Below, piece by piece: positions 35,157-47,159 of a stretch of 64,000 nt of DNA. This DNA is from Raillietiella orientalis (lineage: Eukaryota). The position numbers and the translations under genes are program-made. The stretch is taken from the NCBI GenBank assembly GCA_036172245.1, contig JAYWIR010000036.1:930001-994000 (forward strand), read 5' to 3'. Under the pieces are notes generated by a model. That model searched no databases. It saw only the letters and a program-made list of their open reading frames with translations, and was not told the DNA's origin. The first letter of the stretch is position 1; each line of letters begins with the position of its first letter.

Positions 35157-38031
35157 TCACCTCCCGTCCCCCGGCCGGACCGACTTGATCTCGAAGAGCT
35201 TCCGCACGAAGAACACCTGAAGGCTGCCGCAGAGCAGGATGAGGACGCACAGGAAGAGGGACCAGTAGGCGACGTAGGAGCGACTGCCTAGGAGGGCGTT
35301 GTAGTCCCTGCTCTCGTGGCGCCGCGTCGTCTGCTGGTGCCGCAGCATCTCCTGGATCCGCCCCTCGACGTTGGCCAGCGTTGTCTACAATCCGGCGTCG
35401 CCAACGACCGCTGAACCAGCCGCGCGCCCCCTACCGTGAAGTTCTGGATGCTGACGTCCAGGGTCTCTATCTCGGCGCTGTACTTCTCCCAGTCCTCGAA
35501 CCTGGAACGGGGCGAGGGAGGAGAAAGGGAAGCAGACTGAGTCCGCCCCTACGCTTCACCCGCCGCTCGGGGAGACGCCGAAGGGCCTCCGGGAGCACTC
35601 CCTACCGGTCCAGGGGTTCTCTGACCCTGCGGGACCAGTGGCCCCTGCTACCTCCCCCTTCCCCTTGTTTCTCCCGGAGACCGGATCTGCTCTGGGGAGG
35701 CACGTCGGTCCCACCCCTAGGGGCACGTGCTGGGGTCGTGCTCCTCAGCGACCTCATGTGCTCGTGCGCACCACACACACTTCGGGGAAGGCGACGGCGG
35801 CGCTTTCAGGGAAGGGGGGGGGAGCGTTCTCGAGGAGCCGGAGATGCGGCGCGAGCGCCCTGAACGGCGAGCGAATTTCCGCCTCTCCACCTGGAGAACG
35901 CCAAGAGGACAGTTCCGAGAGCTCCCGCGAGAGGGGAGCGCTGGGAGACCTCCGGCTCAGCCCTGCCGAATGCGGGCTATGCGAGAGATCCCGCGGCGGG
36001 AACGCTCGGAGCAGGAAGCGAGGGTTGGAGGAAGAGGCGGAAGGAGGACCGAAGCGATGATTCCCGACTGCGTCTGCGGCGTGGAACGGATCGATGAGTG
36101 AGCTGGACAGTGGCAAAGCGGCTGACCCACTTCCGCTCCTGCCGGAGCTCCGCGGGACCGCGGAGGCAAGGGGAAGGAGGTCGCACGCAAAAAGAGAAAG
36201 GGGGAGGAGGACGAGGAGGAGAGAAGGAGGAAGAAAGAGGAGGAGGAAGGGAAGACGAGAAAGAAGGGAGGATGGGAGGAGGGGGGGGAAAAGGAGGAAG
36301 GAAGGGAGGAGAAAAGGAAGACGATAAATAGGAGGAAGAGGAGGAGGGAAGGGACGAAAAGAGGAAGAGGAAGGGAAGAGGAGGAAAGAAGGAAACAGGA
36401 GGAAGGGGGGTGGAGAGGAAGAGGAAGAGGAGGAAGAAAAGAGGAAAAGTCAGGACGAGAAGGCAGGGGGGAGGAGGAGGAGAAAAGCCAGACAGAGGAG
36501 CGGACGGCAGCGGCGCGCGCGCCCAGCGGACGGACACCGCTGCCGCCCCCCTCCCCCCGTCCAACGGTGTCTAGGAGTAGGCCCCGGCGACCCCACTCCT
36601 TACTTGAAGGTGGTGATAAAGACGTAGACCAGCTTGGAGGAGAACTTGGAGAACTGGTTGTCGATGCAGATCTGGTAGTATCCCGGCCGGCAGCCGTGCT
36701 CCTCGTACTCGGCCTCGGGCTTCCAGGCATAGGGGTGCACGACCTGGCCGAAGGGGTTGCGGATGCCCAGGCCTGCATTGCCGTCCCCTCCGCGCAGGAC
36801 CTGCGCGGGAAGAAACTAGGATGAGCCTCCAGTGAGGCGCTCCCGACATCCCACCATTCGCCTCGCAACCCGCGCCGCCCACGGGCGTTTCCGGAAGGGG
36901 GGGGGTTCCCCGGGTTTCCAGCGCGGATTCCTCAGGGAATCTCCCTCGCGACCGCCACGCTGCGTGGGTGCCTGCGGACGAAGACTCTCGGGCGCTGTGG
37001 ATTCGGTCTTTTCCTCTCCTTTTTTTTTTTTGTGTCACGTCGTAGTGGTCGTCGATTCTGGTGGTCAGGCTCCGAGGCGTGACTAGATCAGCCCGCTCTG
37101 ATTCGGCAGTCCGTCTCGCATGCTCAGCTCCCCCCCCCCCACCGTTCCCACCAGGGGGACCTCGTGGCGGTCGCACGGCGCAGCGTGCGCGCGTTCCGCT
37201 TTTGTCGTTTTCGCTTCAGGGCACTTTCTCGGAAAGGCGGCGGTGAGATGAGGGTGAGGGTGCTAAGGGTCACGTACCTTCAGAGGACGGCGAGCCACCC
37301 TCCATCCCTCACCCCCCGTCTTCCTCTCAGCCTCTGTGACGCACTCGACCCGGGGAGAAAAGGACTGCGGGGCGTGGCGGTCGACGCCCTGCCGTCGCCC
37401 ATTCGGCTGTCAACCCCATCGGTCCGCATGAGCTCGCTCCATCCTCACCCTCCCCAGAGAGAGCGCATGCGCGCGTGCCTTGCGATCGTCGCGTCACCTC
37501 CATGCCCTCTCTGCCTCAGGGGAAACAGGGTATCCAAGTAACGAGGCTCGCTACTTTAAGAGAGGGGAAAGGGGGGAGGAGGGAGAAAATAAAAACAAAA
37601 TGGACGCGTGCTATAAAGAGAAACATCCAGAACGCGGAGACGTTTCGCTCACCTGGGCTCGGTGCGCCGGAGGACCCCGCCCCTTCCAGAGAACCGCTCC
37701 CGCTGATCCCTCCTCCCTTGTCGCGACCGCTGCGCCGCCGCCGTACGAGCGGCGGGCGGCGGAGGCGCACACGAAACCCCGCGGCGAGCCGCCAACGCCG
37801 CCTCACGACTCCGTGAGTTACCTGGAAGCTGACGTACAGGCTGGCGTTGCTCTCCACGTACTGGTAGTAGCAGTCTTCCTTGCCGGCATCCACGTGGATC
37901 TTGTACTCCATGGCAACCCCGGGCAGCGACCCCGCGCGCTCGTTGTGCAGTAGGGAGGGACGCGCGCCGGGGCACCTGCCGACCGCGAGCAGCGCGCACA
38001 GCCACCAGCCGGATGCAGCCCACACCGTCAT
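35157..38031 (-). CDS. p24/TMED (emp24/gp25L, GOLD-domain) cargo receptor, gamma-type (logjam/TMED6-like); 4 exons, 233 aa
   Basis: Exons 38031-37822, 36800-36604, 35501-35435 and 35384-35157 are joined by GT..AG introns with consistent phases (0, 2, 0). The protein has a signal-peptide-like N-terminus (MTVWAASGWWLCALLAVG) and a GOLD domain (MEYKIHVDAGKEDCYYQY...VSFQVLRGGDG...GYYQICIDNQFSKFSSKLV) with the two conserved Cys. A coiled-coil region, a TM helix (VAYWSLFLCVLILLCGSLQVFFV) and a short RKLF tail follow. The subfamily call is from recall. Confidence 0.93.
36160..36490. repeat. Polypurine (GGA/GAA)n tract in TMED intron 2
   Basis: Directly visible. Similar polypurine or polypyrimidine tracts lie at 22405-22600, 24020-24180, 34390-34570 and 41055-41170. 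Confidence 0.85.
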
Positions 38032-39199
38032 CTCTGCGTCTCGCTTGCGGGTGGTACCGTTGCCGCCCGCCGCGGGTCGCGCTGGTGCCGCTGGTGCCGG
38101 GCGCGCGCGCGGGAGACAGCGGCCGTGTCACCTGCGGCGATTCCTCACGTGCGGGGAAAAGGCAGTTCGCCTCTCCCTCCCTCTCTCGCAGGCTCACTCG
38201 CTCGCTTGCGTGCGTTCACAACTGGGTCAATGCGCCGCCCGCAGCTGTTTAGGTCTGCCCTGGAACGTCGTCGTCGCTGCGTGCGGACGACGGCCACCGC
38301 CACCGCCGCCGCGGCGAAGGGAGTGAAAAGTAGGGAGGCGCACCACCGCCACGTGGCGGCGCTCGCGCGCATCGAGGTCTGCTGCGTGCCTGAGCGAACC
38401 TTCCCACCGCCGATCCCCCAGCCGGAAGCACCCTTTGGTGCTCCTCCGCGCTGCTTCCGGAGACACAGGGCTGGACTACCCCCCGGGGGCTCTCCCTCCC
38501 GCCACTGGCCGACCTGGGGACTCCCTCCAACCGCCACCTCAGCGGGCGCAACCGGAGGAGGGCGGTGGGCGAAAGCGAGAGAAGTGGCGGCGTTCCTCGC
38601 TCAAGCCCGGAGGTCGGGGACGTCCGGAAGGACGCGATGGGGACGGGCAAATGCGATTCCTCTCCCGAGGGCGAGGCGAGGCGAGGAGGTTCCTCTTCTT
38701 CTCTCCCCCCCCCGGGGGAGTTCATACCTGACCCCCTCCGGCTCCGCTCGCCGTGCAGGGGCACGCCTCGTCCGCCGTGGCTTCCGCGGGACAGAACTGC
38801 GGATCGAGCATCTCTCGCCTAGCTCTTCTCAAAGGAGGAAGGGGAGGTAGGGGGAAGGGAAGCGTTTCAGGGACCTTTGCTGGGACCCTGTCAGCAACTC
38901 GGCCGGCTGGAGGCGCAGCGATGCTGCTCGCATTGCCGGAGGGGGTAGGGTCTCAAGAACACCAGATGGTGGTAGCACGACGGTGCAGCATCGGGCATGG
39001 CGAAGATGGTGACGGCGCTAAGGAAGAGGAGGAGGAGGAAGGGAATAGGACAGCTGAGGTCAGGTTGAATAGAAGTAGGTAGTGGGGCTCTCACCCACAC
39101 GCTCTTTTTAGAGGTTCCCGCGTGTGGATTTCTTTAGAGAAAGGCGAAAGAAATAGGAGTGTAGGGAGCAGGCGGACCTGAAAATTCTGCTTCCCAGTA

Positions 39200-40800
39200 A
39201 CCCACGCTTGGCGTCATCGCAGAGGTCGGCCCAGTCGGACTGCATTAATGGAGTCTCACTCTGGAAGAATCCCCATCGTGATCAAAATCGCCTTGAAATG
39301 AGGTGACTATCGCGATATGGGAGGCAACTCGACCTTTCTGGTGCCTGACCTCACCCTACTCAGGAGACCGTCTTCATCCCGCTGTAGGTCAGCTGTGCGC
39401 AGGCAGGAAAAGGAGGCAAACCTTAGGTCACCAAAACACCCACTGCTGCCCCTTGCACTCGTCTGCCAGCGCGGCTGCTTGGTGACTTGGTGACAAAGGT
39501 CTCGGAAGCTTCCATCGTCCTCACGGAGACTGCCACGAGGAGTAACGACACCAGGAGTGCTCTCGAAGGCTCCTGCTCATCGCATTGCCCGCTGGTGCGG
39601 GATGTATTCGGTGCGTGCGTGGAGGTGAGGTGTACGTGGAGTCGAGAGTGTGGGTGGAGATAGGGTGTGAGTCGATTAGAGGGTGCGTAAGGGGACGAGG
39701 GTGTGTGTAGAGGCGGGACGTGCGTATGGAAACGAAGGTTTGGGTTACGGTGCGAATGTGGTGTGAGGGGAATGGTGTACGTCCCTGAGGCGTCGAATCA
39801 GTTTGGGGAGACAGCAGCGCCCATCAGCGGGGAACGAAGGAAGGAAGGAATGAAGGAAGGGGCGCTTCCTGAGCAAACAATGCCCGCCCGCTTACGCAAA
39901 AAAGCTTCCTCTTCCCTTGACGTCACTCTCGGAAACTCTCGTCACTCTTCCGTCACTCTGGCGGAAGCTCTCGCCTTTCCAAATGGCTCGCCAGAGGAGC
40001 TTTCCCCCAAGAGTCGACGTCCTTGAGGTCGGTGCATGTCGTCCTCGCTTCAGATGGCCTTCCAGCACCTCTCCTCACCTGTCGCCAATCCCCTCTCGCG
40101 CGCCGAGGGCGGAGTTCCTTCGAAAGGCTCCGGAAAGGGGTGGTCAGGTGGCCTCGACCAAGGGTTGCCCGCTTTGTGGTCAGGGACTTCCTCACTTCTA
40201 CAAAGAGGCAACACTTATGGGGAGGCACTGCGCAGAAAGATTGGCGGGATGTTCGAGAAGACTCAAGTATCCTGCCTGAAGAGTCAGGTGGGGGCAATGG
40301 ACCACGCCTGCCTGGACGAACACCTGCATTCGCAAGTGTGCAAGCGAGGAAGGTTACGGTGCAGTCTCTCATGTCATCCACGGAATTGCGGTCGATCCGC
40401 TCCCACAAGCAACGTGCCCTCCAACCAATACATGGTTCACGGGGTGGAGCATGCCCGTACCAGGGGGCTGCCGGGGACTCCAGCATGCAGGAGGAGGTCC
40501 CTTTCCGGCATGCTGGAGTCCGTGGAGTCCCGGATTGGGGTGAGTTCCGGACCTCCGTCCGCTGGTCCCGTCACACTTTCCCGGTCCAAAGGCTGCTCCG
40601 GGGCTTGGTAGAGGGGATGGGGATTCTCAACCCCCCTACCCTTGCCAGGAAGATAGCAACCCCCAGGGCGCTTGCAGGATGCTGAACCTGGCAGGCCGGC
40701 ATGGCTCCCCTACTTAACGGATCGTGTAGGGTGCTCGCTGATGCGCGGGTTCGGGTGCTCAAGGAGGCTAAGCGCTTGGCAACGCGTCATCCCTGCCGCT
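39200..40800 (+). mobile_element. Decayed non-LTR reverse-transcriptase relic
   Basis: Broken RT-like motifs: K*GDYRDMGGNSTFLVPD (~39290-39350) and STKGCPLCGQG (QGCPL-like, ~40155). A GT-rich tract interrupts the region at ~39600-39800. Boundaries are approximate. Confidence 0.5.
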
Positions 40801-43800
40801 GCTCCCGGAGGGAGTTAGCCTGATGCGGGAGGGGGTGCCCTCGGCCCTGGCATCTCGGTGGGGCGGAAGAAGCCCTGGGGAGGGCGGCGCACCCGCAGGA
40901 TCTTACAAAACGCTCCACGGGCGAGGCGACTCCCCCTGGAGGTGCCTCCGGTCGACCTCGGGACGCTGATGCGGAGCACCGTCCACCTGGTCGCTCGGCA
41001 GAAGGACGGCTCCTCCCGGAGGAAGGTGACCTTCGAAGCACGCATGCGGAAGGGGTGAGAGAGAAGAAGGGGAGAAGGAAGAGGAGGAAAGGAGGAGGAA
41101 GACGAAGATGAGGAAGGGAAGAGGAGGAGGAGAAGGAAGGGGAAAGGAAGAGGAAGATGAGGAAAAGGAAGACGGGTCCAGTTTGCCTCTAATCGAGGAG
41201 CCTACGGAACTGAACTCGTCGACTCCTGCTATCGCCTCGAGGCGTCGAATTCCCTCTCCGGCTTCCCTTAGCGGAATGCGTAGGCAGGCGACCACGAATG
41301 AGGCGGCGTGCCACGCAGCTCCCCATCAGCTGCCTTCTGGCACGAACTTCGGAAACGAGCCAATGGCGCATCGGTTGGGCAGTGAACCAAAGGGCCCTGC
41401 AAGGCACCCCAGGTCGCAGACGGACAGTCAGTTGGCCACCTTTGAGGCGGAGATATGCCACCCCGCAGGAAGGGAGGAGCTTCGGGACGACCATGGGGTG
41501 TGTGGCCGCCGAGAGTTGAAGCGCAACACACCCCGTGGCTCCTGATCCCACCCCTGTGCCTTGAACGGACGTTCCCTCTCAGTCCGAGGCGCCACAGTGC
41601 GCTCCTGTCCGTGCACCGCGGACTCCGGCGCAATGGCCGGGACCCATCACGGCACTGGAGGGATGGCGTCCCAACTCTGCAGTCGTCGCATAAGGGGAGA
41701 AAACCCCGCCGCGTACGTTGCTGGACAGCCCGGGATGGGAGGAGCTGGAGCAGCCTCCGCTACGGTGGCAGCCAACCACACTTGGTGCTTCCCCCGCGGC
41801 GCGGCGCCTCAGGCAACCGGACGGCCGCAGGGACTGCATCGCTCTGCCCTTCATCAGGGGATGCAGGGCGTCGGAGTGGACGTGGCAGGGGTGGGGTGGC
41901 GCTAGCCCTGAAGAGACGCTGCATCCGGTCCGATCCCTTCCCTACTTAGTCTCCGTGCATCACACGAACACTCTGACCCCGCCCCACTCATTCGTCACTC
42001 CCTTCCCCTCCCGGATCCGTGCGCCCTTGGCCGGCACCCTCAGAATGCACAGTGAGGGCGGCGTGCGGGGTCTCCTGTCGATGCCCTTCCGGGAGCAGCA
42101 GCAGGTTGGAGTCGACCGATGCCTTGGGCTTTCCAGGTCGAGACAGGGTCGTCCGTGGCTCCTTTCATGCCGGCCGGCAGCTGCGGCTGGAGAGTCCTTC
42201 TTCGGGGACCCCTGAACTTTTCTCCTCCCGTCACCACCCCTCAAGTGTCCCTTCCCGCTAGGTGGCGGCAGCATCGCACCGGCCACCTCGCGGGCGACTG
42301 CGGAAGCCCCGCCTCACCTCGGGGAGCATCCGTTCTTGGAGATGGGGGGGTGGAGTGCTCAGTGGGGAGGGAAGCGAAGAAGGCCGAGTGTCCGGAGTGA
42401 TACCCACTGGGAACACCTGCTCGGGGAGACGGGCGTCTCCCCATCGAGGCGTCCTTTCTCTCCCCCCCCCCCCCCCACAAACTCCATCGCGCGCAATTTT
42501 AGACACGGTCCCACGTGCCCCAACCACAGCCTCAGCAACTCCATCCACACTGATCACCGTCTCCTGCACTGCACCCACTTCGAATGCATTTCCACCCATA
42601 ACGCCATGCTCTTCAATCACATCCTTACGCACTTCAGTCACACCAAACACATAGTCCATAAGTTCATTTACTTTGACCACATCAACCACAAGTTCATCCA
42701 CTCCAATTACACTAATCACAGTATCCTGCACTGAGAGCACGCCGCGCGCGCTACCATCCACGACATTGTGCACCTCGATCACATTTTCGTGTAGCCGCAC
42801 TACGACCTTGCCTTGGGCATTGTCCATCAGGTGTCCCGAGGCCTCCAAGAGCCGAGCCGAGCCGGACCGGGAGGATCGGCGTGCGGCACTCCCTTCTGCC
42901 TTCCCTCCACCCCCCCTCCTGGTGGTCCTTCCGGAAGTCGGCTGCTCCAGGGCAAATCCTGACGCCCTCGTTCGTTCTTCGAGGGCCGCCGCCGGGCGTC
43001 CTGGATCGCAGCCTCCCGGTCAGTGTGCCGACGCCATTCGCTGCCGACCCGCGGACGCCATTCGCGGGATGGAGGTCCCTCAGAGCCGGGGGTAACCTCG
43101 GCCTGACCCCTAACCAGCGGAGCGGGGTGGCCGGGAGCTGCGTGAGACGAGCGAGAGGGTGGGGAACCCTTGCCGAGTCGAAGGCGGCTTTCCAGGAGCG
43201 CGTGGGGAGCTCCCCTCGCCGGGAAGGGACCTCTTGTGCCGTCGGGGGCTCGCGGTTGTGTCCTGGATGACCCGCTCCCCGGGTGTCTCTGCGACTCCTC
43301 CCGCCGGGGAGCCAAGCCTCATCCCGCGCGCCTCATCCGGAGCATCTCCCGAATTGCCCTCCTCCCCATTTCCCTCACGTGCTCCCTTGATGGGAGATCG
43401 GTAATTTTTGAAGATGGGTGGGGGGAGACCAATTCCCGGGATCGACGCGGCGGAGAAACCCATCGAGACTCCCCCCAATTGCCATTCAGCTTCCGTAGCA
43501 ACCGCGTAACGACCTCCATCAGATCGCAAGAAATTTCTTCCTCGTGCGTGCGACGCCAGCACCGTTAATGAGCACCTGCTCTCTCCTTCCCTCCCCTCCC
43601 CCCTTACTCCTTCCTCTCTTATCCTTCTCCCGAAAGGACGTTCGTTGTCTCCGTGACAAGGAAACGGAGAGGCGAATCCGAGGTAGTTGCTGTGCATGCC
43701 TCTAGATGGCAGGAGAGCGCGGTGTTTCCTTCCTTCCTCCGCTTCGGCGCCGGCACGGAGCCCGAGGAACCCAGGCTCTGCGCGCGCGGCCTCGCTGCGG

Positions 43801-46800
43801 AGCCATCCTCGCTCCCTTACCCGTTCTGCGGGTCTCGCGCCGATATCCCCGAAATTGCCAATTTCGGAATCGCTCCCCTCTGGGATCGGGTTTCCAGTCA
43901 CGTGACGAGGGGGAGCGAGGGAGCAGGGGAGCCGCTCCACGCAAGGAGTTCCGCCTGTTCCTCCAGAGATGCCCCCGCGCCCGGAAGCTGTGCCGCGTCC
44001 GTTCGCCGCCTGCGTCTACGTGCACACCCTTCACGACCTCCGGCGCGCAGCCAACCCGCCGAGACATTCTCGTCTGCCGCTTCCGTGGGACGAGGGAGTC
44101 GCCGCACGCTCTGTTTACGAGCTCGCAAGCCACCCCTTCGGCTTCTCCGGTCGCGAGAAAAAGGGAGACTGTGGTCCATCGCGTCCTTCCTTCCACCGCC
44201 CCCTCTCAGTTCACAGTCCGGACCCGATCGAAGCGGCGCGGAGATCGATCCGCTGCGTCTCGGGAGGCGGAGGGAAATCTGCTTTTCCCCCTCGTGGTCC
44301 GGGCCTCAGCTGCGCACTCGCGGTTTCTCACCTACTCCTCCTCCTCCACCTCTGAAGCCAGCCCGAGGCGCACTGGCCGTGACGCCAGCAGCCTGGGTGC
44401 AGCCTGGCGCCAGGAGTGTGCGCGCGTGCACAACGGCTCTCCGAGGAAGAAGGCGAAGACACGGTGCACGCAACGAGACCCTGAGCCATGCTTGTGCGGA
44501 CACGCCTGCGCACATGTCCGTACGAAGGGGCCCTGTGCCCGACCGTGGTACCATGCAGAGGAGTGGTGTCGGTTCCCACTGCCCAAGAGGAGAGACCGCA
44601 AGAGTCAGTTTCCTCCCTCTGAAGGGAGGGCTTCCAGAAAAGACGTCCAAGTCGGCCTTCGGTGTGGCCCCGAACGCCGTGGTGCATCAGTGGTCAAGGT
44701 CGGTCCGCGAAGGAGGAAGACTTTGTTTCCGACCTCCTTCTCAACGGGCTCCACCCGTTGAGAAGCGGCCGAACCTTGCCAGGGTCTCTCCAGGAAGGGA
44801 CAGGACTCGGCTGAACCCGTCTCCCATGCACCACAGCCTGTTTCGGGAGGATCTGCTGCTGTTGAGTCAGCCGGGGTTAGGGGATGGCCGCCGGGGACTA
44901 TCGTCGCCGCCGACAGTCGTCGCCTCGGTGGCTCACTTCCTCCGGAATCGCGGGCGGCAAGCGCCAGCAGGTCTTCGGTGGTGCGTTCGCCAGCGTACGG
45001 ATTCGCTTCCGGGCATTCGCAACCCTGTGTACACGAAACGTACATACCTAAGTACATTTCGATAAAAAAGGAGGTCGTTTACATACGTATCTGTTGCGCG
45101 ATGTCGTAAAGTAATATTTACGAACCATGCTACCATGGCATCCCAGTGTACCACATTATGTACGGTGAGATGCTGAGCAAGACGTCATGGTAGCGTAGGA
45201 AGAGACAATCCATCGAAAGGAGCCGCGCAGCTGGCATGCGGGTCCTCTACTGACGTGGCAATGTTCGACTGCATCCGCAGAAATGGGGAAAGGATGAAGT
45301 CGGGGCCTATTGTTGCGAATCCGGCAAAGCGAATGCGCGATTGTTGCGGATGCCTGCCGAAAGGACGAAGCGAATCCTCCTTCCGGATGCACAAGCCAAA
45401 GGAAAGCTGCAGAGCAGCTGCAGATGGATTGAGATCGGACGATGCAGAGATCGGTTTCGGGAGACGCTTTCTCCGGTCGCGGAAAAGGCTGACTGGGTCC
45501 ATCGCGTCCTCCCTTCCTCCGCCCCTCTCCGTTCGGAGACCCCGCAGGTCCATCCTCCGTCCGGGTCTGGGTACGATCAAAGCGGTGCGGAGATCGGTCC
45601 GCTGCTTCTCGGGACACGAAGGGAATGGGGGATGCGCGCTTCCACCCAGATGCTTTCCGATAGGTGGCCTTCCCAGCGGAGGCTGCAAGGAAGGCGTGGG
45701 GCGGGCCTGCGCTGGAAGACCGGGGCCGGGGGATTCCGGGGATCTCGCGAATGCTGAGCGGTCGAATCCGCGCTTCCGCAGCGAAGGAGGAGCGTCTCCA
45801 CGCTGTAGTGGTCGTGCGCCACCGCTGCGGTCCTGCTGCTGTCCTTGGAGACTGGAAAGCAGGGTCCCTCGGGCTGCTTCCTGAATCGCTCCGAGACTCA
45901 GCAGGAGAGAATTCAGCCTCCGTTGGCTCTCCAGATGGCACTCATTCGATTTGAAGCGGCGCACCGTCGAAGGCCTCTGCTTCCGAGGCGGCGGGTGGGG
46001 ATTCGATTAAATCGGGACAGGGTCGCAGGAGCCACCCCAAGTCGGTAGCCTCCCTCCCGGCCACCACCCTTCTATCCCTTCTATTCCTCACCGCGCAAGG
46101 AAACAGCTGCCGCCAGCCCATTCTTCTTGCCTGGCTCTGCCGCTGGATCCGCGGAGGTCGGCATTTTCTCCAGAACCCTTCCATTTCAGACGACCCTGAA
46201 GCACCACGAGGTGCACGCGGTAGGGATGGAATGGGAGTGAGGACGAACCTTCCTTGTTTCTTCCTTCGCTGCCAACAGAGAACGGGCGGGGAGAGGTCTT
46301 ATCTGGGATGATGCCCGGGGAGCAGATCGAGGGATTTGAGGCTTCAATCTCGGACGCCTTCCGGGGAGGTCCTCGAAGGTCTGAGGACAGGATGGTTCGA
46401 GCAGCCTCCGACGACATCCCCCAGCCTTCCTGGTACCTGTTCCTCACGGGACGGCAGCGTGGGGCCCTCTCCTTTTTCGTTCCTGCTTTCTCACCTAAGA
46501 ACCGGGCTCTCCCCCCTTCCTCGCGTCCCATCTGAGTTTTGGGCGACCTTCCTGGGATTGCTGAGGGGATGGGTCGGAGGGGAGAAGGCGGCGCCAACCA
46601 GCGCCGCGCAGAAACCAGCAGCCCCTCCGAGAAACCAGCTTCCCCGGAAAACAGTCCACCCCGTTCCAGATAGCTGGGAACGCGGGAGACGCCAGCTTGC
46701 CGATCCTCCTGCTCTGAGGAAGCCGAACTTCCGGAACCGGCGGCTCGCTTTTCTCCCTTCTCTCTCCCGGAAACGAAAAGATTTGCCCGGAGCATTCAGG

Positions 46801-47159
46801 GAGCTAAAGGGTCGGCAGAGGGAAGCGCGGGTCGGCGGGCAGGGCAAGAGGTTCAAGGACCTCCCGCCTCGAGGCAGACCCTCTAGAGCGCGCCGGGAAC
46901 GAAGGCGTTCTTCGCCCGCGCTTGTCCAAGAGCCTGGGCCCAGCCCTCCTCTCTTCCTCTTCCTCCACGCTGGAGGAAGGAGGCCTCGGACCTAATCGGG
47001 CCGCGCGCACTTGTGTGCACACCAGGAGTGTCCGAAAATCGACCCCTTTCCCCCCGTTTCAAGGGCAGGGGCTTTCCCCGAAGTGGTCCCTCCCTCGATG
47101 GTCTGCGAGCGACCGGACGCTCTGGACGCTAGTGGGAGCCGTGCCGAAGGTCTTTTGAC

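Noticed and set aside
40694..40760. GGCCGGCATGG matches the first 11 nt of the genomic HDV ribozyme
   Set aside because: There is no downstream P1 complement and no P2/P3/P1.1 pseudoknot pattern, so this is most likely a chance match in GC-rich DNA.
43653..45065. 470-aa ORF and other long ORFs (e.g. 60366-61607, 62284-63285, 50003-50944)
   Set aside because: These have Arg/Pro/Gly/Ser-rich translations, overlap in several frames, often use non-ATG starts and carry no recognisable intact domain. That pattern is expected in GC-rich decayed repeats.
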